Virus record (IMG/VR): IMGVR_UViG_3300037397_000008
Coordinates: 1-34,939 of that record
Length of the DNA stretch: 34,939 nucleotides
Direction: 5' to 3' (one strand)
From: a virus
Taxonomy: Duplodnaviria > Caudoviricetes
Below the pieces are notes generated by a model, which had not been told where the DNA came from, did no database searches, and saw only the letters and a program-made list of their open reading frames with translations. Numbering within the stretch: the stretch's first letter is position 1; each line of letters begins with the position of its first letter. Positions 28,164-34,939 of this stretch are shown here, piece by piece. A program made the translations under genes and the position numbers.

Positions 28164-29506
28164 TGCCAAGCGTAAATTTTCCAACATTAGAAACAATACA
28201 ACAACGACTAATACAAGATACAAAAGCCCAATTTTCAGGGGCGGAACAATTCTACCCTGCTTCCTATTTTTTGGCGTTGCTTCAATCTGTTGCCGGCCGT
28301 TTTTATGAAGAAAACAACAAGCTTCAAGAGCTCTATAATTTATTGTTTTTCTATACAACATCTGACGAATTTTTGAATGAGTGGGGCGCTGGTTACGGTT
28401 TGACACGAAAAGCGGCAACTATAGCATCGGGGCAAATTACCATTACGGGCACCATAGGAACATTGTTAAGCGTGGGAACCGTTTTTGTGAGTTCGTCGGG
28501 ATTGTTATATACTTCAAGCACCGAGGGGAATATTGAACAAGTTAACATCCCGGTGACGCTCACAACGTCACCCGTTCCGAATAGTTTAGTTGATTATAAT
28601 GCCGTAGCAACAACGCCATATCCCCATACTTTTGCAACAGGGATGACCGTTTTTATATCAAGCCCACTTGCTATTGAGTACCAAGGCAACCAAACAATAA
28701 CCGTGTTAGATGACCTGACGTTTTCATATGTGATACAATCCAACCCACCACAAAACGTTGATGGTACAGCCGAGGCCGCGCTTGCGAATGTGGCTATTTT
28801 TTCACAAACAACCGGCGAAAATGTAAACCTTGCGTCAGGTGCAGAATTAACGTTACAAATCCCAAACCCGGCGGTTAATGAACCTAGCCGGGTTCAAATA
28901 GGGGGCATAATTGGCGGTGAATCTGAAGAAACAGACACCGCATATAGATCGCGGTTAATCTATCGCATACAAAACCCGGTTGCAAATTATTCAGTAAGCG
29001 CTATTACTACCGCAGCTCTTTCGGTCGCTGGTGTTACCCGTGTAAAAGTTTACCCCGTTACAAATAACAATATTACGCCGGCGCCCGGATATGTGACGTT
29101 GTTTTTTCTAATGGATAACACCCCCGGACCCATAACACAATCACAGATTGACACCGTTTATGAGGCGGTAGCAGGCCCAACAATAAAACCGGCACAAGTT
29201 CCACCTGAAAACATTATTGTTCGGGCTCCCACACTGGTTTTAGTTGATTTTGTCTTTACTTCATTGCTACCATCAACAGCCGGGCTACAAAAAGCCGTTT
29301 CAGACAATCTATTAGATTTTTTTTCCAACAGTGCAGAAATTGGAAAAAGTATTACGCAAGCGGCCTACACCTCGGTTATATATAACACCATTGACCCGAA
29401 CAATGGCCAAGCTGTGACATCGTTTTCATTACAAACCCCAATAACAGATATCACAATTGATTACGACCAAATAGCTACACTTGACAATGTGAGCTTTTTA
29501 GCATGA
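28163..29506 (+). CDS. Baseplate J-like wedge protein (Mu gp47-like) with FCCH-like insert
   Basis: GLTRKAAT.ASG, GGE.EETD..YRSR, VAGVTRV. Confidence 0.92.
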   Translation: MPSVNFPTLETIQQRLIQDTKAQFSGAEQFYPASYFLALLQSVAGRFYEENNKLQELYNLLFFYTTSDEFLNEWGAGYGLTRKAATIASGQITITGTIGTLLSVGTVFVSSSGLLYTSSTEGNIEQVNIPVTLTTSPVPNSLVDYNAVATTPYPHTFATGMTVFISSPLAIEYQGNQTITVLDDLTFSYVIQSNPPQNVDGTAEAALANVAIFSQTTGENVNLASGAELTLQIPNPAVNEPSRVQIGGIIGGESEETDTAYRSRLIYRIQNPVANYSVSAITTAALSVAGVTRVKVYPVTNNNITPAPGYVTLFFLMDNTPGPITQSQIDTVYEAVAGPTIKPAQVPPENIIVRAPTLVLVDFVFTSLLPSTAGLQKAVSDNLLDFFSNSAEIGKSITQAAYTSVIYNTIDPNNGQAVTSFSLQTPITDITIDYDQIATLDNVSFLA

Positions 29507-30234
29507 GCAAATTAAAAAGCACAAACGACTTTTTACCACAATCCGAGGCGCACAATGTAAAATCTTGGGCAGATTTGTTTCCAACAAACAAGAAACTATG
29601 GTCGGCCTATGGGATACCTGGCACAAACGCATATAAATTACTGGCCGTGTTTTCGCAAGAGTTGAGCCGCTTACAATCGATAGAATATGAAATAGCTACA
29701 CAATATATACCGAATTTATCCAACTCTTTTATAACCGAATGGAATCAAATGCTAGGGATACCGGATGATTGCTTTAGTAGTCCACCCGATGATGAAACCC
29801 AGCGGTTATTTATTTATATGAAGTTGTTCGCCTTAAACCTTCAAACAGTTGATGACTATGTAGCACTAGCGGCTTTATTGGGAATTGCAATCCAAGTGTT
29901 TCCGTATACCGACACAGAGCCGTTTGTGTGGACAATTGCATACACTGTTGTTTCACCTAATGTTTTTCCTTATACATTCACTTTTCGTTTTACCATACAA
30001 CAAGAGGCTTTATTTGAATGTTTGGTTAACACCTATAAACCAGCTCACACACTGGTTAATTTTATACCGGGCTTAGGTGTTCCCTATTTAGATAATGCGT
30101 TGATTGATTATGTCGATAATGCGGGAAATGTGTATTTAACTAATCTATTAAACATTATTCCCTATTTAGACAATTCCGCTATAGTATACCTAGATAACCA
30201 GGGGAATTATTATGGTTTTCTCATTGTCAATTAA
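29503..30234 (+). CDS. Baseplate wedge protein (Mu gp48/YmfQ-like)
   Basis: EW..MLGIPD.C, FEC....KPAHT. Confidence 0.88.
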   Translation: MSKLKSTNDFLPQSEAHNVKSWADLFPTNKKLWSAYGIPGTNAYKLLAVFSQELSRLQSIEYEIATQYIPNLSNSFITEWNQMLGIPDDCFSSPPDDETQRLFIYMKLFALNLQTVDDYVALAALLGIAIQVFPYTDTEPFVWTIAYTVVSPNVFPYTFTFRFTIQQEALFECLVNTYKPAHTLVNFIPGLGVPYLDNALIDYVDNAGNVYLTNLLNIIPYLDNSAIVYLDNQGNYYGFLIVN

Positions 30235-30272
30235 GTATACTATCTAAAAACAAATATAAGAGGCTAAGAGCA

Positions 30273-31043
30273 ATGCAAGACCAACCCAATAAAAAACGTA
30301 TGTCAACCGTGGGCGCTACAACGGGAACCGTATTAGGCGAAGTAACTTTATTATTAAACGGTGACCCCAACACACAACAATTCACAATTAATATAGATGG
30401 AAACAATTCCACAATTCCCAACATCGCCGACCCTATAAATGATCAAGACATTGCAAACAAGCTATGGACTGAAACACTTGTGTCAAATGCAACAAGCGGA
30501 ATTAATGTAGACCCATCCAATATAAATACATTGTTATACTCTGCACAATCGGCATTAACGACACAGCCGGCTAGCGCTACTACAACCGATTTAATCAATG
30601 TTATGTTTGGACCAGCGTACACCGGGAATTCAAATTTTACTTTGTCGTTATCAAGTGGAACTGATCCTGAAGCATCTGTATTAACGTTTTTGGTCGCTGG
30701 CACGTATTCGCTTAGCTATTTGTTAAATTTTTCGTCTTCTGTCGTTGGTAACGGTTTGGTTTTTGCGTCTGTGTTTAAAAATGGCGCCCAACTCCCTGCG
30801 TATACACGCGTGAAAATGTTGAACGTTGTGAACACTGTATATCAAAATAGTTTAGTAATTAACGTGCCATTTATTGACGCAACTGTTTCAGACACGTTGG
30901 AGTTAAAATTGGCTTATTATGCTTTTGATGGTACTTTCAACGTTTCGCTAGGCCAAGTTCAGCCGTCAACGTTTAGCGTAAATCTAGCCGATATGCCATG
31001 TGCAACATTGAACATTTTTAGCACAACGTTAACAACAACTTAA
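30273..31043 (+). CDS. Putative tail fibre/adhesion protein
   Basis: I.NIADP...QDIANK fibre motif; beta-rich C-terminus with AGTY (BclA/C1q-like pattern). Confidence 0.6.
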   Translation: MQDQPNKKRMSTVGATTGTVLGEVTLLLNGDPNTQQFTINIDGNNSTIPNIADPINDQDIANKLWTETLVSNATSGINVDPSNINTLLYSAQSALTTQPASATTTDLINVMFGPAYTGNSNFTLSLSSGTDPEASVLTFLVAGTYSLSYLLNFSSSVVGNGLVFASVFKNGAQLPAYTRVKMLNVVNTVYQNSLVINVPFIDATVSDTLELKLAYYAFDGTFNVSLGQVQPSTFSVNLADMPCATLNIFSTTLTTT

Positions 31044-31056
31044 GAGAAAACAACCC

Positions 31057-31947
31057 ATGTTAGAAATACCACCAAAAGTTGACGGCTCGCAATACACAGC
31101 CAACGAATATACAAATGGACTTTCACAAGAAAATCAAAACACGGTGTTAAATAGCGGGCAACTATTAACCGCGAGCAATCAACATCAACAAACGCAAGCA
31201 ATTTCAAGGTTTGGAAGTAGTGCAACACATTATCTATTAAACACAGTAGACTCAACCGCGAACAATTTACGCGTGTTTAATGGGTCAGGGCTTTTAAATA
31301 GCACTATATCAGCGTATTTCAATGGGCTTACGGTTGATGTATTGCTTGTGTTGGATAACAACCCTGCAGCGGTCACATTAAACGTAAATGGGCTTGGTGC
31401 AATCCCTGTTGTAATGCCTGATGGCTCACCAATCAGCACAATTGTTCTTTTTGCCGGTACATATAACCGTTTTGTTTTCTTGGATAGCGTGTTTCAATGG
31501 GTACCATTTAACGCCTATGACAACAATTTTAGACGGGAGATAGCTTCGCAAACCGCAGGGAGCGAAGGGAGCACGTTAATTGGTACTACTGGGCAAACAT
31601 TACAAGAAAAACTAGATAGCATTATTTCACCCGTTGCAGGCGGTAGGACATTAAACCAACGCACCTTTGCACTTGCAAATTCGTTTGGGGTAACCGATAG
31701 CGATTTTGTTACCGTTCAATCTGGCCCGAATCGTTGGCTTAGGTTGACATTGCCAACGGGGCTGGTATCAAAACAAAGTATTATAACGGTAACGCCATAC
31801 ACCTATACGGCGGGAGGGTCAGAATATGATATAACCGCATTAGCACAGCGAACAAATGCGGTCATCCCTGAAGTATATGAAATACGGTTTTGGGAAGGCA
31901 ATGCGGAGAAATTTAATTTGCAACCATTTCAATTTACTATCTATTAA
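31057..31947 (+). CDS. Tail fibre / receptor-binding protein
   Basis: Mu gp49-like N-terminus (QE..N.V..SG..L....Q..QAI), TLNVNGLGA motif, G..LIG...TLQ neck motif. Confidence 0.75.
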   Translation: MLEIPPKVDGSQYTANEYTNGLSQENQNTVLNSGQLLTASNQHQQTQAISRFGSSATHYLLNTVDSTANNLRVFNGSGLLNSTISAYFNGLTVDVLLVLDNNPAAVTLNVNGLGAIPVVMPDGSPISTIVLFAGTYNRFVFLDSVFQWVPFNAYDNNFRREIASQTAGSEGSTLIGTTGQTLQEKLDSIISPVAGGRTLNQRTFALANSFGVTDSDFVTVQSGPNRWLRLTLPTGLVSKQSIITVTPYTYTAGGSEYDITALAQRTNAVIPEVYEIRFWEGNAEKFNLQPFQFTIY

Positions 31948-31956
31948 ACAATGCTG

Positions 31957-33633
31957 TTAAATGGTTTCTGGTTGGATTCCTAGCCGCTTTAATATCTTGT
32001 TGGCTCTCTCTATATAGGCGTGATACTTTATCCGATGGTGCACCTCAGAAAACGTTGTTTGAGTCGTTACCAAACAGAATCGATCATTTTTAAAAACTTC
32101 TGCTTCCCTTGATGGTGTGCGCCTCGTCAAAATAGGGCCTTCGTTAGATAAAAACCCACGTAAAAAGGATTCATCTGTTGCAACCCCGTTCAACAATAAT
32201 GCATTTGTTTTAAAGGGTTGGTTTCGCTTTACCAAAAATAAAAAATCGTATAATTTGGTGCTTTCTTCTAACGTTTCAGCAAACCCCTTATTAAAAAACA
32301 GTTTATTTACAACTAGTTTTTGAATGATTTGAGCGGGTACATTTTTGGAGATTATGGGGCGAGAAAATGAACCGGTGCGCTTAATTCTCCCATCTTCATA
32401 AATTCCAACCAAACTATTAACGCTTTCAATAGCCAGCTTTGTAAAAGTTTTTCTTTTTAATTCGAACCCTGTCCGGTGCATCCATTCGCTTATTATGTCT
32501 TCCGAAATTGGTTCAGATGTGATAATTTCATCGGTGTTGACATATATAATTGAGGTGTTTGAGCATTTTTCCATTAAATCAATCAAATAAAATTGACCAA
32601 GCAGACACATAGACACACCCACGGAGGGATTATATAAATGAGCTCCAGAATATTTATCTCGTAATTTTCCGGTTATAATATTGGCCAACAATTTAAATGA
32701 TTTTTCCGAATCATCCCCATTTTTTTGTGCTGCTTTCCGTCTGTCTAGTATCGATTTTAACACGCTTCTATAGGTTTTGGATCCTAGTTTGTTTTGTACA
32801 ATAATATTCGGATAATACGCGTTAACATCGTACGAATAGACATTTTTATATAAACCTTTTACAGCGGCATGTAAGCCACCATATCCCAGCTTAACATCAA
32901 ACAAGGGGAAAGCTAGCTCAACATTAACCTCACCATCTAACATGTGTTCTAGCACAATGCGCGCGCCTGCGGTAATTTCTAGCTTATGATCCCCAAAAGA
33001 TATTTTGGTTTCTGGTTTCTCTATGATTGGCAATGCATTGTATAAAATTTGTTCGGGAACGTCTCCAACATACACGCTATTTTCACAGTCAAACAAGCCT
33101 TTTAAATTATAATACGATTGTATAGTGGGCGATAATGTCTCCCATAATTTTTTAATCACTTTATGCTTGTAATTAAGATTGTGTTTTATGAGTGATAAAC
33201 ACTCTTCTTTTGTAATGGGTTTGTCGTATGTTTTTGGTATGGGGTCAATGTTTTCAAATTCTAACCGGTGTGCTAATTCATCCAATGAAACCCGCTCACG
33301 ACCGTGTAAAAAATCCATCAAATCGATAATATCATCTGTTGTTTGCACTAACCGGTTTGGGCCGGTAATTATGCCTTGTGAAACCCTATATGCATGCTCA
33401 ACGGATTGATGTTTAACACAATCTAAAAGCAAATGGTGTGCATAATGTCGATTATTAAAACCAACCCAACAGATATTTTGTGAATATTTGGCTGTTAACT
33501 TCGTATAAACGTCTGCTATTCTTTTCGGACCTACCGCAACAATGTTTTTCCCGTTTTGAGTGGATAACACCAAAATAACAACGTTTGGTCTGCAATCTAT
33601 CGTGTAAAAAACGACAGGCTTTTTTTTATTCAT
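31957..33633 (-). CDS. Family B DNA polymerase with degenerate 3'-5' exonuclease motifs
   Basis: GYGGLH, motif A YDVNAYYP, motif B KLLAN..TG, motif C NTD. Confidence 0.88.
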   Translation of the reverse strand: MNKKKPVVFYTIDCRPNVVILVLSTQNGKNIVAVGPKRIADVYTKLTAKYSQNICWVGFNNRHYAHHLLLDCVKHQSVEHAYRVSQGIITGPNRLVQTTDDIIDLMDFLHGRERVSLDELAHRLEFENIDPIPKTYDKPITKEECLSLIKHNLNYKHKVIKKLWETLSPTIQSYYNLKGLFDCENSVYVGDVPEQILYNALPIIEKPETKISFGDHKLEITAGARIVLEHMLDGEVNVELAFPLFDVKLGYGGLHAAVKGLYKNVYSYDVNAYYPNIIVQNKLGSKTYRSVLKSILDRRKAAQKNGDDSEKSFKLLANIITGKLRDKYSGAHLYNPSVGVSMCLLGQFYLIDLMEKCSNTSIIYVNTDEIITSEPISEDIISEWMHRTGFELKRKTFTKLAIESVNSLVGIYEDGRIKRTGSFSRPIISKNVPAQIIQKLVVNKLFFNKGFAETLEESTKLYDFLFLVKRNQPFKTNALLLNGVATDESFLRGFLSNEGPILTRRTPSREAEVFKNDRFCLVTTQTTFSEVHHRIKYHAYIERANKILKRLGIQPETI

Positions 33634-33651
33634 TTTATATGTCTCCGATCG

Positions 33652-33691
33652 AACGCAAGCAGGGCGCCATTGCTGGCACCCTGATCACATT
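33652..33691 (-). promoter_or_regulatory. GNRA-capped RNA hairpin just upstream of the polymerase RBS
   Basis: Minus strand AAUGUGA-U-CAGGGUGCCA-GCAA-UGGCGCCCUG-C-UUGCGUU; G-U pairs form only on this strand. Confidence 0.7.
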
Positions 33692-33721
33692 GGTTGTTGT
33701 GGGTTTTTTGGTGTTTTTGAA

Positions 33722-34522
33722 TTATAAAAAATCATCTAGATCGTTTAAACCATCATCATTTATGTCACTTAGATCATCATTCAAATCAGGCGCGTTCTTT
33801 TCTTTGCTTGTTTCCGTGGTTCCGATGTCGTCTAAGCCGTCTAAGTCGTCTAAGCCGTCTAAGTCGTCAAGACCTTCATTTTTTCCTGCTTTGTTTTTGG
33901 TTTGCTCGTCCTGGTTTTTTGATTGTTCTTTCCATTGCGTTCCGTATTTTTCGCGTAGACTTTTGAGCGCGTCAAATGTTTGGCTTCTGTCTGGTTCACT
34001 ATACAAAGTAACTTTTTTCTTTAAGACTTGCACCATAACATCACAAGATAAAAGAATTAAATCGGGCCTATGCGCAACCGGTGGACTAATCACAATCAAG
34101 CGCCCTTCTATGTAAACAAGGTCACCTGCATTAAAATCAGATAATGGAATATCTTCTTCCATAATATTTTTAACCACGGCATAGTTACCATCTATACAGG
34201 TGAAAGGGGTTCTGTAGGTGTACGGTTGCAATTTTTCTTTCATGTTTGTATACATGTTTACCGTTGTTGTATTTCCTTCATTTTTTGCGGTTTTTATTAA
34301 CCGATCAAGTGTTGTGATGTAACACTTTGGTTTCTTTGGTGCATTAGCAAAACCCTCGTTAAACAATTTATACTTTGGCGCGACATCCTTCAAATAAGTT
34401 TCTTGTGTAAAATATATTTTACCTTTTAACAGTGGTGTTTTGTTTGTTGAAGTAAGTGACAATTCAGGGTAGGTTAATATACCAGTCATAGCCACCCGGT
34501 TATAAGTCTGTTTACTATTCAT
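33722..34522 (-). CDS. Single-stranded DNA-binding protein (gp2.5/DUF2815-like)
   Basis: GILTYPEL start motif; long acidic tail ending DDFL; adjacent to the polymerase gene. Confidence 0.68.
   Translation of the reverse strand: MNSKQTYNRVAMTGILTYPELSLTSTNKTPLLKGKIYFTQETYLKDVAPKYKLFNEGFANAPKKPKCYITTLDRLIKTAKNEGNTTTVNMYTNMKEKLQPYTYRTPFTCIDGNYAVVKNIMEEDIPLSDFNAGDLVYIEGRLIVISPPVAHRPDLILLSCDVMVQVLKKKVTLYSEPDRSQTFDALKSLREKYGTQWKEQSKNQDEQTKNKAGKNEGLDDLDGLDDLDGLDDIGTTETSKEKNAPDLNDDLSDINDDGLNDLDDFL
33827..33871. repeat. 5 x 9-bp tandem repeat encoding (LDD/LDG)n in the SSB tail
   Basis: gtcgtctaa gccgtctaa gtcgtctaa gccgtctaa gtcgtcaag. Confidence 0.9.
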
Positions 34523-34581
34523 ATTTTCAGTCTCCTGTTGTTATTGTTGTTATTATTTTTATAGTTTACTTGTTAGTTTGT

Positions 34582-34939
34582 CTATTTCGTGTAAGTTTTT
34601 TCTGATTCTACATGTAAGACATTGTTGTTTCTTTTTATTTTTGTGTAATAATAAACCTGTGTTCCGCTCGTATAATAGCGATTTGCGTTTATTTTTTTTT
34701 TATAACCGTATTTTGCTATTATTTTTTTTATGGTTGACGCTGGCAGTTTGAATTTAATCTTTTTGTTTTTGCCTATTGTAATTACCAGCGTTCTAAGCTG
34801 GTTGATTTTTGGTCGGACCTCTATATAGTTTACCGGAATAGCATAGAGTTTGCTATTAAATGGCATTGCACAGGAAAAGCATACGTTAAGCGCTGTATCG
34901 GTTGAATGCGGTTGTTTTGTATTACAATTGGTGCAGGTG
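34582..34939 (-). CDS. 3' part of the SF2 helicase spanning the circular junction
   Basis: Frame open to the window edge; junction codon GG|C gives ...ICEAG-TCTNC...CFSCAMPF...; about 591 aa in total. Confidence 0.85.
   Translation of the reverse strand, partial: TCTNCNTKQPHSTDTALNVCFSCAMPFNSKLYAIPVNYIEVRPKINQLRTLVITIGKNKKIKFKLPASTIKKIIAKYGYKKKINANRYYTSGTQVYYYTKIKRNNNVLHVESEKTYTK

Larger units (their letters stand above)
1..34939. mobile_element. Apparently complete circular(ised) tailed phage genome (HK97-type head, Mu-like contractile tail)
   Basis: Full head, tail and replication gene set in two divergent arms; no host genes seen; helicase ORF continues in frame across the end/start junction. 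Confidence 0.9.

Noticed and set aside
24807-30234. Mu-like transposable phage
   Set aside because: Only the tail module is Mu-like; there is no MuA/MuB and the phage has its own replicase genes
31948-31956. Bidirectional terminator between the convergent arms
   Set aside because: The gap is only 9 bp, with no convincing GC-rich stem and U tract

Overview
The window appears to be a complete, circularly closing ~34.9 kb AT-rich tailed phage genome. The SF2 helicase ORF reads in frame across the 1/34939 junction. The minus-strand arm (9409->1->31957) encodes three ORFans, two tandem RuvC-like resolvases of the phage WO type, a multi-pass membrane protein, a Cas4/DUF2800-like nuclease, an AEP primase-SF3 helicase, the SF2 helicase, a gp2.5-like SSB and a family B DNA polymerase with degenerate proofreading motifs. 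The plus-strand arm (10654-31947) encodes terminase, an HK97-type head and a Mu-like contractile tail and baseplate. I could not recognise an integrase, HTH repressor, endolysin or holin. The most striking part is the 1.2 kb control region (9410-10650). It holds a convergent array of ten helically phased repeats that resembles an origin, then three tandem sigma70-type promoters, each followed by a G-U-containing hairpin RNA. Two of these hairpins display UCUCCGUU, the complement of the ACGGAG ribosome-binding motif of the phage's own early genes, which suggests an RNA-based early/late switch. All product calls come from motif recognition and gene order by eye, with no database searches.
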